Assembly: GCA_965203175.1 (NCBI GenBank)
Contig: OZ241867.1
Location: 1,056,001 to 1,120,000 of the forward strand
DNA from: Candidatus Latescibacterota bacterium
Lineage (GTDB): Bacteria > Latescibacterota > UBA2968 > UBA8231
Length of the DNA: 64,000 nucleotides
Direction: 5' to 3'
Part shown: positions 47,500-56,298 of the stretch, one piece after another
Layout of the letters: every line of letters begins with the position of its first letter
Position numbering within the stretch: position 1 is the stretch's first letter
Program-made: the position numbers and the translations under genes
Notes under the pieces: generated by a model
What the model was told of the DNA's origin: nothing
The model's database searches: none
The model's input: the letters and a program-made list of their open reading frames with translations, nothing else

Positions 47500-47677
47500 C
47501 TGCGGAACCATCCTACTAATCCGACTAAAGCCAACACGACCGAACCTGTTCGATCTAGGAGACTGCTGTGTCATAACAGCGAAGGCCTCCGATTTATCCC
47601 ACGCCCGCCAAAGCCTCGCCCAATTCCCGCATCTACCCCTCGTCCTCAGATTATTTCATTTGCAATAGGAGGGTATT

Positions 47678-48310
47678 ATGAGCAAGATCAACACAGCGGT
47701 GATAACCGGACAACATGCCTTTGATGTGCCGGGATTCCACGGGTTGTTCAGGAGCATTCCCGAAATTGATTTTTATCTACAGGATTTGGAGAACTTCGCG
47801 GCAGATGCTGGCAAAGTCCGGGAGCAGTACGACGTCCTCGTATTCTATAACTTCCATCGGCAGACGCCCGACGAGGGGAGAATCAGGGAAGCCATTGAAC
47901 AACTGGGTGAAAATCAGGCCGGTATATTAGTGCTGCACCACGCCATCCTTGCGTTTCCGCAGTGGCAATTGTGGTCGGATCTGTGCGGCATTCAAGATCG
48001 CAGTTTCGATTTTAAGGTTAACCAAAACCTGCATGTTGACGTCGTGGGTCCGCAGCATCCGATCCTCCGGGGATTGGCTCCGTGGGAAATGGTGGATGAG
48101 ACATATATCATGGCGGACCCAGGGGATGACAGCGATCTGTTGTTGACTACCGATCACCCTGAGAGTATGAAAACGCTGGCGTGGGCTCGACAGTACAAGA
48201 ACGCCCGCGTGTTCTGTTGTCAGTCGGGGCACGATAATCAGGTCTTTGCCGACCCAAATTTTCGCACGGTTATTGCGCAGGGAATTCAGTGGCTGGCGGG
48301 GAGGATTTAG
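47678..48310 (+). CDS. ThuA-like (trehalose utilisation) domain protein
   Basis: TGQHAFD, LHH, DETY, RVF---GH, GIQW. Confidence 0.85.
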   Translation: MSKINTAVITGQHAFDVPGFHGLFRSIPEIDFYLQDLENFAADAGKVREQYDVLVFYNFHRQTPDEGRIREAIEQLGENQAGILVLHHAILAFPQWQLWSDLCGIQDRSFDFKVNQNLHVDVVGPQHPILRGLAPWEMVDETYIMADPGDDSDLLLTTDHPESMKTLAWARQYKNARVFCCQSGHDNQVFADPNFRTVIAQGIQWLAGRI

Positions 48311-48317
48311 GGGCGGA

Positions 48318-49268
48318 ATGCGGACGTTGAGTATTCAAGGCTTACCTGATAAGAGCAGGCAGAAAGTCCTCGTCCACGATTGGCCTGAGCCGGAGGGCCC
48401 AACCGGCAACGAAGTCAAGACCGAGACGATCTACTCCGGGATAACAAACGGCACGGAACGCAATCAACTGATTGGCGGCAACTACGCTCCCAAAGATGAA
48501 CAACTGCCCACCGGCGGCAATGGCTACCAAAATGTGGGACGGGTGATTGAGGTGGGATCCGATGTCAGCAGACTACAGATTGGGGATGTGCTGTACATGA
48601 GTGCCCTCCACGCAGAGTACGTCGTGATGCCAGAAGACGGCTTGCTCATCAAGCTGCCCGACTCGATCGACCGCAAGGAGGCGGCGCTTTTCGGGATGAC
48701 CAGTGTCGCCATGCGCACCTGCCGCAATGCCGAGTTGCAGATGGGAGACCGGGTGTTAATCGTGGGGGCTGGCATCATCGGCCAGGTCGCCGCACAGATT
48801 GCTACTGGCATGGGAGCGCGCGTCGCGCTTTGCGACATCAATGCCAACCGTCTGGAGATTGCTAGGCAGATTGGTGCGGCTGAGACAGTTGTGAATGTTG
48901 CAGGGGACGGATGGGGAAAAGAGATCGCCGACGGGACGTTCGACGCGGTGATTGACTTTGCCGGCGTGCCGGGCATGGAGGATCAACTTATCAGTGCTGT
49001 GCGCCAGCGCGGCAGGGTGGTATTCATCGCTGGACGGGACAAAGTGACCTATACCTTTAACCTCGGTCAGGGACGCGAGATCCAGCTAAAACAAAACAGT
49101 CATTTTGATCGCGATGACCTGCAAAATCTGTGTCGTCTGGTCGATCGCGGGTCGGTGCAGATTGCGCCCTTAATCCGCGATGTCGTCCCGGTGAGCGAGG
49201 CCAAGCGCATCTATAATACACTGCGGGATACACCCGATGAACTGTTGGGGACGGTGTTTGTATGGTGA
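48318..49268 (+). CDS. MDR-family (zinc-binding-type) dehydrogenase
   Basis: SGITNGTE, GYQNVG-V-EVG, GAGIIG Rossmann motif. Confidence 0.85.
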   Translation: MRTLSIQGLPDKSRQKVLVHDWPEPEGPTGNEVKTETIYSGITNGTERNQLIGGNYAPKDEQLPTGGNGYQNVGRVIEVGSDVSRLQIGDVLYMSALHAEYVVMPEDGLLIKLPDSIDRKEAALFGMTSVAMRTCRNAELQMGDRVLIVGAGIIGQVAAQIATGMGARVALCDINANRLEIARQIGAAETVVNVAGDGWGKEIADGTFDAVIDFAGVPGMEDQLISAVRQRGRVVFIAGRDKVTYTFNLGQGREIQLKQNSHFDRDDLQNLCRLVDRGSVQIAPLIRDVVPVSEAKRIYNTLRDTPDELLGTVFVW

Positions 49269-49307
49269 GGGGATTTGGTTGCCTCGCTTCTGGAGATTCA
49301 TGCCGTC

Positions 49308-49754
49308 ATGGTTGAGCTACCTTCGCACAAGCCGACCGGTTATCGCTGCCCGTTCTGTGCAATAGCAGGCGGCGCGGAATCCGAGTTCACGGCTTGGCGC
49401 GACGAGCATGTTCTGGTGCAGATTGCGCTGCACTGGAGTCCGGCCAACCCCGGCAAGGCGCTGGTGATCCCGCTGGCACACATTGAGAATGTCTACACGC
49501 TGCCCGACGAACTGGCTGGCCGCATCGCCCGCATGGTGCGCCGCGTGGCGGTTGCCATTCGCACTGGGTATCCCTGCGACGGCGTGACAGTGCGACAAAA
49601 CAACGAGCCGGCTGGCGGCCAAGACGTCTGGCATCTGCACACGCACGTGATCCCGCGGCACATCGGTGATGGAATGTATCTGGGAGTGCCCGTGCGGGCC
49701 GACGACCGCGACCGGGCGCGCTACGCGGACCGCCTGCGCGAGCTTCTTGGGTAG
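49308..49754 (+). CDS. HIT-family hydrolase
   Basis: CPFC and GQDVWHLHTHVIPR. Confidence 0.9.
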   Translation: MVELPSHKPTGYRCPFCAIAGGAESEFTAWRDEHVLVQIALHWSPANPGKALVIPLAHIENVYTLPDELAGRIARMVRRVAVAIRTGYPCDGVTVRQNNEPAGGQDVWHLHTHVIPRHIGDGMYLGVPVRADDRDRARYADRLRELLG

Positions 49755-49870
49755 GACGCTGGCTGGGAGCTGATTAAGGGAGTACGTTGATGGACACTGG
49801 TTCTATAGACGCAAAGACGCTCCAACCGTACAGCGACGGTTGGAGCGTCTTTATGCGGGCTAGTGAGCCC

Positions 49871-50329
49871 CTATTCATTGCTGAGGGTAACTATGCCTGT
49901 CTTACCCTCGTACCCCATAGTAAAGTCTTTCAAAAAGGTCCTACCGATAAGGGCAGAATGAGGCTGACCTCCGGCGCGTAGATGGACACCTGCAAACCGG
50001 CCATATACCGTAAAGTTCAGGGTCGGTACGTAAATCTGAGCGAGATGAATATTGACTGTATCGGCCCCATGAACTCCGGCCACGTTTTGTCTATCGACAA
50101 CGGGTAGGTTGAGTACAAGAGCGAGGTGGGAATCGATACAGCTTTCTGTCGCGCCCGTATCCACTAAAGCAGGATGCTGATCAGGCGGTAGATTGGGTTT
50201 AGCACTGGCAATAGGTTGAAAGGCTGAATCGAAGCCGATATGTATCCATAGTGTGGGCCCGTAGAGTATTAATGCATCCCGACCAGACTGTCCCGTTTGG
50301 TCGTCAAACCCGCATTTAACCGTCGGCAT
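49871..50329 (-). CDS. Retropepsin-like (clan AA) aspartic protease
   Basis: ALVDTGA--SCI and ALIGR-FL. Confidence 0.85.
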   Translation of the reverse strand: MPTVKCGFDDQTGQSGRDALILYGPTLWIHIGFDSAFQPIASAKPNLPPDQHPALVDTGATESCIDSHLALVLNLPVVDRQNVAGVHGADTVNIHLAQIYVPTLNFTVYGRFAGVHLRAGGQPHSALIGRTFLKDFTMGYEGKTGIVTLSNE

Positions 50330-50567
50330 GGACGGGCCTATACAGCACGGAGGCAGGCAGTGTCATCGGTGGCTCTCCGACCCGCTTGATCAGGTATGGA
50401 CCGCGCCCGAAACGCTCTACGGCGTCTTGAGCGGCCTCTTCAAAAGACGAGTATATCTCGACTAGCTTCTCGTCATGAACCAAAACCCACTTACCGAAGT
50501 GGTCGGTTTCAAGCGCATCGCGAATGCGCTCATAGGCGGCAATTTCTTTGCTCAAAGTGGTGGTCAT
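50316..50567 (-). CDS. Small DUF5678-like protein
   Basis: E--AY...HFGKWVLVH...GPYLIKRVG; overlaps the protease start. Confidence 0.65.
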   Translation of the reverse strand: MTTTLSKEIAAYERIRDALETDHFGKWVLVHDEKLVEIYSSFEEAAQDAVERFGRGPYLIKRVGEPPMTLPASVLYRPVHADG

Positions 50568-50739
50568 GGCGGGGTCTCCTACTCTCGGTGTACCGTGAAG
50601 GTACTGGACGAGATAGAGGGGTGTCAATAAAAAGCAAGAACAAGAGAAAAGGACTTCGGGATATTTAGAGCAATATCCGTGCCTGTTTTGCGTACCAGTG
50701 CCAATACCTCGCTCTCGTCTAGTTGTCCGACCAGCCTCA

Positions 50740-52089
50740 TCAGGGCGCGACGACCCGCTTGAGTCGATCTTCGAAGTTATCGCTTATCCTGTATATCCAT
50801 TTGCGCCTACCCGTGTACTTGACGATTAATCCCAGCCCGTCGAGAGCACGGAGGTCGGTGCGTGCTGTCTCGTATGTGACGTTGTGGGATCGCCGGTGCC
50901 CATCTATGGTGTACGAGGCGTCGGGGTGCTTCAGCATGTGCCCCAACAGGGCCACTTGGCGATGGTTTAGCACCAAGGCCGCATCAGAACCGCGCAGCAT
51001 GGCCTCCAATCTGCTCGTCTCTCCGGTTTTGCGTGCCAAGTACGTGTGTAAGAAGTGGATCGAGTCTAGGATTACCCGCAGGTTGTAGTCGAGGAAATAC
51101 GTGACGTCGTTGTCGTCGATTTCGGAGAACACGTACGCGCGAACGTACTGAGCGGGTGCTCTCTGAATGACCGCTGAAATGGAAAGAAATTCGGTCAGCC
51201 AGTACCCCGATCTCGTCATGGACCAGTAGAACAGTGCTCGTGCGGTCCGTCCGTTTCCATCTACAAACGGATGGTCGTAGCCGACCATGAAGTGAAGGAG
51301 GATGGCCTTGACGACTGGATGCAGGAATGGATCGTCCCCTGTGCGTCCATTGGCGAAATCCAAGAGCAGTTCGACGCGGTCGCTGAGCTGACTAGCGTCC
51401 GGGGGCGTATGAACGACCTCGCCGTCGCGCTGGTCCACCACAGCGACCACGTCGGCCGGCCGCCGGAGCCGCCCGACTACATCCGGATCGAGTGTCCCTT
51501 CTATCAATGTCCTCTGCAGGTCCATGAACATAGGGACTGTCAGGTCTTCGTCGATGTTCTCGCGTAGAAACTCCATGCCCGAGTAGTTGTTGACGATCAT
51601 CCGTTCGCTGTTGTCGCGTGGCGGGCGGCCTGATCTCAGCATCTCCTTGGCAACCCGGCGGGTCGTGACGGCCCCCTCTAGCTGGCTCGACGTGATCGCC
51701 TCTTCGATTAGAGAGTTCATCAGATACCGTTCGCGGGAGCCGCTGTTGACCATGTCGCCGTGGGGGACCTCGATTCTCCCGCTCGCATCCCGGTCCACCT
51801 GATGAAGCTGGCGGTACAGGTTCCCTGTGTCGCTGAATGAGAATGGCCTGCCGCGAGTGTCCTTGAATGGCAGTTCGTGCCGCGAAACCATGCGCTTGAA
51901 CTTGACGGCAGTCCACCAGTCGAGGCTCGTAAACCCTTCCGGCGGGGGCAGGTGACGAAGCTGGTCCCAATGCAGGTACCTGTCCTTGGTCAGGCTGCCG
52001 ATGTCCGACCCCAGCAGCCTGACCAAATCATTTGGTTCGTACGACGAGACCAACTCGTCGAAAGGCTGCGGGTTTTGGGGCATTCTCAT
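50740..52089 (-). CDS. Fic-family protein with C-terminal winged HTH
   Basis: HPFVDGNGRTAR; inhibitory-type TSSQLEG motif; TAR-DL C-terminal HTH. Confidence 0.9.
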   Translation of the reverse strand: MRMPQNPQPFDELVSSYEPNDLVRLLGSDIGSLTKDRYLHWDQLRHLPPPEGFTSLDWWTAVKFKRMVSRHELPFKDTRGRPFSFSDTGNLYRQLHQVDRDASGRIEVPHGDMVNSGSRERYLMNSLIEEAITSSQLEGAVTTRRVAKEMLRSGRPPRDNSERMIVNNYSGMEFLRENIDEDLTVPMFMDLQRTLIEGTLDPDVVGRLRRPADVVAVVDQRDGEVVHTPPDASQLSDRVELLLDFANGRTGDDPFLHPVVKAILLHFMVGYDHPFVDGNGRTARALFYWSMTRSGYWLTEFLSISAVIQRAPAQYVRAYVFSEIDDNDVTYFLDYNLRVILDSIHFLHTYLARKTGETSRLEAMLRGSDAALVLNHRQVALLGHMLKHPDASYTIDGHRRSHNVTYETARTDLRALDGLGLIVKYTGRRKWIYRISDNFEDRLKRVVAP

Positions 52090-52169
52090 GGCCGAAGTCG
52101 CGCTTCTATCTGATGGGGATCGGCGGCGAAATGGCGTGAGTTGCTACTTCAGGAGGACGAAATACTAAT

Positions 52170-52200
52170 TAATTACTAATTTAGTCAAAATTAGTAATTA
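52170..52200. promoter_or_regulatory. Perfect 13-bp AT-rich inverted repeat (candidate operator)
   Basis: TAATTACTAATTT-agtca-AAATTAGTAATTA between the divergent fic and thioesterase genes. Confidence 0.6.
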
Positions 52201-52236
52201 GCACAAGCGACGGTCTTGTGCTACTGTTGGGTTAGT

Positions 52237-52650
52237 ATGAAAAAGATCGAGTACATAAAGCCTATCTATACGTATGAGATCGATTTTGGGCAGCACGTCA
52301 GCAACATTGCATATGTCCAGTGGATGGAAGTGGGCCGTCTCAAGTTGCTGGAAGAGGTGGGGCTTCCCGTTCACGAAGTTAAACTGAAAGGCTTCGTTCC
52401 GGCCTTAATACGAACCGAAATCCGCTATAAGAAGCCTTTATTCATAGGTGATGAGGTCAGGGTGGTTTTGTGGATATCGGAGCTGAAAAACGCGTCGGCT
52501 ACGATGCGCTTTGAGTTTTATAACCAACTGAATGATATCGTGGCAGAAGGGGAACAAGTGGGGTTATTCATTAAGGTGGATAGCCAGCGGCCGCATAAGC
52601 TATCAGCGTCGGACCGCGCGCGATTCGAGCCTTACGTTGCAAAGGGTTAG
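52237..52650 (+). CDS. Acyl-CoA thioesterase (4HBT/YbgC family)
   Basis: EIDFGQHVSNIAYVQWME-GR, I-YKKPL-GD. Confidence 0.9.
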   Translation: MKKIEYIKPIYTYEIDFGQHVSNIAYVQWMEVGRLKLLEEVGLPVHEVKLKGFVPALIRTEIRYKKPLFIGDEVRVVLWISELKNASATMRFEFYNQLNDIVAEGEQVGLFIKVDSQRPHKLSASDRARFEPYVAKG

Positions 52651-52683
52651 AACCGGCTGGGCCCTCGTCCCTAGGAAGCAGTC

Positions 52684-54042
52684 TCACCCAACGCCTACCA
52701 AAGCCTCGCCCAATACCCGCACCTGCTCCTCGTCCTCGGCATTGACCGTAAACAAACACCCGTCGCACCCGTGCCCAGCCACCGCCTCGCCCAAAGCCCG
52801 CACCAGTTCGGGGGACGCTCCCGCTGAAAGAGGCGGATACAGCGGTACCGCCCCACTGGTCTGCGCTTTTAAGCGGGCTACTTCTCGCTCGTACAGGGCG
52901 GCGATGGGCAAAGGCCCTTCCGCTACTCCCGCCGCAGTCTCCGGCAAGTCCAGATCCTCTACTCCGAACATGCGCCACACCAGAGCCAATACCTCGCTTT
53001 CGTCCAGCCCTTGAGCATGACGGCACAAAGCCGCAGTCCACTCCCGCGCCAAGTTGGTCACCCCAGTTGCCCAACCCACCACACCTCCGTGCGAACTCCC
53101 TCCCGTGAGAAAATCCGTCGCCTCTTCCCACTTGCCGTGCCAATGCCCACCCAACAGCCCTGTAGAGGCGGGAAACACATCGCTGCCAAAAACTTTATCG
53201 CGACCTCCTGCCTCCTGCACGGCGGCGCGAAATTCCCCCATGCGCTCGGCTAGTATATGGGCGCGGAACTGCACCCAATCGAGCACGGCTCCATCTTGGG
53301 CCAACAACCCCAGAAAGTCCATCAAACCCGGACGACCCGCTGCCAAGGCCCGCACCTCGGCCAAAGTCAATCGCTCTAGGCGTTGGCGCAGGGCCAGTAC
53401 TCCGCGCCGCATAGCCGCAAAATCGTAGCCCAAACGGACGGCTTCTTCCTCGCAGTTAGTACAGCCGCAGGCCATCAAGCTGTGCACATTGGCCGGAGCC
53501 GGATAGCGAGCGTGATCTACGTCAAAGCCGTCGATAGCATAGCGCTGAATCGCTTCCACCAAGCAGTCGCGCGTCCACTCGTTGACCGCCTTGTGGCTCG
53601 GACACAGGCCAATGCCCCACTCCTGATAGCGCCGGTCCAATGGCCGCCCCTCCAGATCGCGCAGGGCAAATTCGGGATAGACCTCGCCGCCATAGCTCCA
53701 CAAGCCAATGTGTCCCCACACCTCAATCCCCGTGCTTTTACACGCTTCTATGACGCGCTGCAAAGGCGCATCGTCAAAGCCGCTGATAATCCCCGCCACC
53801 GGCGGGTAGATGCCCTCCGCGCCGCTCGGCCAAGCATCGAGACGCTCGCGCCAGTCCTCAAAAGGCCCCCGCTGGGCCAACTCCGCCGAGGCGCTAAAGC
53901 CCGAGGTATGGCACACCGGACTTTCGGGCATAATCGTCGTCAGGCCGACGGCGTCCTTGAGCTTTTGCAGGGATTCGGGATGCTCGGCCACGTATTCTGT
54001 CTGGCAAAACCAGATGCGGCGAGATTTATGCGTGGACGTCAT
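52684..54042 (-). CDS. Hypothetical TIM-barrel protein (glycoside-hydrolase-like)
   Basis: LCPS, Y-IDG-D--RY, CGC--C pattern. Confidence 0.5.
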   Translation of the reverse strand: MTSTHKSRRIWFCQTEYVAEHPESLQKLKDAVGLTTIMPESPVCHTSGFSASAELAQRGPFEDWRERLDAWPSGAEGIYPPVAGIISGFDDAPLQRVIEACKSTGIEVWGHIGLWSYGGEVYPEFALRDLEGRPLDRRYQEWGIGLCPSHKAVNEWTRDCLVEAIQRYAIDGFDVDHARYPAPANVHSLMACGCTNCEEEAVRLGYDFAAMRRGVLALRQRLERLTLAEVRALAAGRPGLMDFLGLLAQDGAVLDWVQFRAHILAERMGEFRAAVQEAGGRDKVFGSDVFPASTGLLGGHWHGKWEEATDFLTGGSSHGGVVGWATGVTNLAREWTAALCRHAQGLDESEVLALVWRMFGVEDLDLPETAAGVAEGPLPIAALYEREVARLKAQTSGAVPLYPPLSAGASPELVRALGEAVAGHGCDGCLFTVNAEDEEQVRVLGEALVGVG

Positions 54043-54638
54043 ATTTTGTCTGGCTCCATCCAAGCGACCAACTGGCGCACAATGCGAAAGGTTATCCCCC
54101 ACAACAGCGGGCGGTTCGGCCCCAACAGGTCGAGCGCTGGAAATGTCTGCTCTTCGCCGCGGCGTTGTAGTCGGTACTGGGTTCGCTTACCGGGGTCGCG
54201 CAATTGGTCGGCTCCTACCCAAAAAGCCGATTCGATCTCGTGGTTGAGGGTCAAGGGCCCTGGCGTCTCCAAGCGATAGACGAAACCAGACACCACCACC
54301 GGCAGCATATGCCCGGTCAAGTCGTCTACCCGGCCCCAATACTCAGCCGTGGACAGATCGAGCCCGACCTCCTCCAAGGTCTCGCGCTCGGCCGCAGCCC
54401 GCAGCGATGGGTCGTCTGTCTCAATGCGGCCGCCGGGAAAGGCGATGTGCCCAGACCAAGGATCGTCCGGGTGCTGGGCGCGTTCGATAAAGAGCAACTG
54501 CAAGCCCTCTGGCGTCGGCCCCAAGACCGCAGCCACGGCGGCTCGCGTCTTGTCCGTAGAGCCGACCAAGTAGGGTTGGTGCTGGGCGAGCCCGACCTGC
54601 ACCGCGGCCCAAGCATCTAGATCCACGACCGCTTCCAA
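54039..54638 (-). CDS. Nudix CoA pyrophosphatase-like hydrolase
   Basis: WSGHIAFPGG, AAERETLEEVG, LWGIT. Confidence 0.9.
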   Translation of the reverse strand: MEAVVDLDAWAAVQVGLAQHQPYLVGSTDKTRAAVAAVLGPTPEGLQLLFIERAQHPDDPWSGHIAFPGGRIETDDPSLRAAAERETLEEVGLDLSTAEYWGRVDDLTGHMLPVVVSGFVYRLETPGPLTLNHEIESAFWVGADQLRDPGKRTQYRLQRRGEEQTFPALDLLGPNRPLLWGITFRIVRQLVAWMEPDKI

Positions 54639-54641
54639 TCG

Positions 54642-56105
54642 CTAAATGTCGTCAAAAGGATACAGTTTGCGGCCCAGCCGCTTAAAGGCCAGTTTGGCAT
54701 CGGACGGAGCGTGTACCGACGGTTCGGAGATCACTTGGATCTGGCCAGCCCACGGCTCAAAACCAGCGCGAAAGTGGGCTGCGGACTTGACGCCGACATA
54801 GCGCATCTGCTTTGGGTCCAAACCCAAGGTGCGGGAAAACGCCGTGCAAAACGGTTGCTCGCGCTTGTTCACCAACAGCACGTGTACCCCGCCCTGGCGG
54901 ATGTGAGCCGAGGGGCCCATGGTGCCATCTAGGCCGGCGTACATCGGCCCGTCGTAGCGAAAGGACCCGTCGCTCAAGGCCACCACTTCGGCTCGCATAG
55001 AGCAAGGCTCGCCTTGCAACGAGGACGCCTTGCCGCCCACCTCTAAACCGATCACCGCACCGACGCCTGCTTGGTAGCAAGCAGCCACCGCTTCGGGATC
55101 GACGATGTACAGCACGCAGGCATCTTGCAGATCAGCTTCTAAAAAAGTCTGCAACAGCCCGGTGCTGTCGCCGGGCGAACCGCCGCCAGTGTTGTCGTTG
55201 CGATCGGCCAAGACCACGGGATAATGCCCCGTCTTGTCGGCCTCTCGCAGTGCCTCTGCGGTAGAGGGCATGGGTGCCTGCCAATCGGCCCGGCGCTCCC
55301 AGATCCAAGCGGCCAACTCGTCGACGCAGGATTGGGCTAGGTCGGGATCGTTGTCCGTGGCCACGTACACGGAAGCACCCATATCGGGAATGTCGGCTAG
55401 GGGGAAACAGGTGGCGATGGAGCCGCAGATCACGCCGGGCCGCGCCTCAATTCGGTGCAGGTATTCGATGGCCTGGCGCATGGGCGGATGGGCCGTCACT
55501 TGGTTCATGCCCCAGACTAGGGGCAGTTGGTGCAAGGCCATGGTCGGCCGCACGCCTTCGCGCACTATACTCACCAGCACATCGGCGCACTCGCGGCCTC
55601 TCGGTGCCATATCAACCTCTGGATAGGTCTCCCGCCCAATCAGCACATCCGCGGTCTCAATCATGGCGTGGGAGACATTGGAGTGGATGTCCAACTGCCC
55701 GACGATGGGCATATCCGGGCCGACCAAACGGCGCACTGCGGCTAGGATATGCCCTTCGGCGTCGTCAATGCCCTCGGCCACCATGGCCCCGTGCAATTCC
55801 AATAAAACCCCGTCGATAGCCCCAGCCGCTTCGATGCCGTCGAGCAGTTCGCCCACGAGCCTGTCGAAAATGGGGCGAGGCGTCGGGGCGCTAGGAAAAG
55901 CCTCGGCTAACATCGTCGGCACTGCTTCAAAGCCGTGCGCTGCGGCCCCTTCGATAAACCCGCCGATGGGCGTATTGACCCCGGTAAAGCGCTCGACGAT
56001 TGCCGCTCCGTGGAGATAGCTGCGCTCCCGAAAACTGTCCAACGTGGTGGCTACGTTCGTGAAGGTGCTGCTCTCGTGGGAAATACCTCCGATTGCTACG
56101 CGCAT
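54642..56105 (-). CDS. M81-family metallopeptidase (MlrC-like)
   Basis: HESSTF, LHGAM, LDIH-N, TYP-VD, DNTGGG, KS-AHFRA. Confidence 0.9.
   Translation of the reverse strand: MRVAIGGISHESSTFTNVATTLDSFRERSYLHGAAIVERFTGVNTPIGGFIEGAAAHGFEAVPTMLAEAFPSAPTPRPIFDRLVGELLDGIEAAGAIDGVLLELHGAMVAEGIDDAEGHILAAVRRLVGPDMPIVGQLDIHSNVSHAMIETADVLIGRETYPEVDMAPRGRECADVLVSIVREGVRPTMALHQLPLVWGMNQVTAHPPMRQAIEYLHRIEARPGVICGSIATCFPLADIPDMGASVYVATDNDPDLAQSCVDELAAWIWERRADWQAPMPSTAEALREADKTGHYPVVLADRNDNTGGGSPGDSTGLLQTFLEADLQDACVLYIVDPEAVAACYQAGVGAVIGLEVGGKASSLQGEPCSMRAEVVALSDGSFRYDGPMYAGLDGTMGPSAHIRQGGVHVLLVNKREQPFCTAFSRTLGLDPKQMRYVGVKSAAHFRAGFEPWAGQIQVISEPSVHAPSDAKLAFKRLGRKLYPFDDI
56018..56052. repeat. 35-bp imperfect direct repeat, copy 1 (inside the mlrC-like 5' region)
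   Basis: AGCTGCGCTCCCGAAAACTGTCCAACGTGGTGGCT. Confidence 0.8.
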
Positions 56106-56298
56106 CTACTGCTCCTTTCGGTTTTTTCTGCCTTTATCACTTATCACTTCGATTCCGACAGACGGGCGAAGACTTTGCCTGTCGCCATGCCCCCAATGTG
56201 CAGCCACTTGAATTTATATATATATTAACAAGCTTTATGAATATAGGGCCTTAATACTTCTGAAGGCATTTCGCTCACTTTCAAAGGAGCAATAATTT

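Noticed and set aside
50689-50703. Second sigma-54-like motif TGGCACTGGTACGCA on the minus strand
   Set aside because: GG to GC spacing is 9 nt, not the required 10.
42640-52650. Prophage or integrative element
   Set aside because: Patchy composition and toxin-antitoxin/Fic genes are present, but no integrase, transposase, tRNA or phage structural genes.
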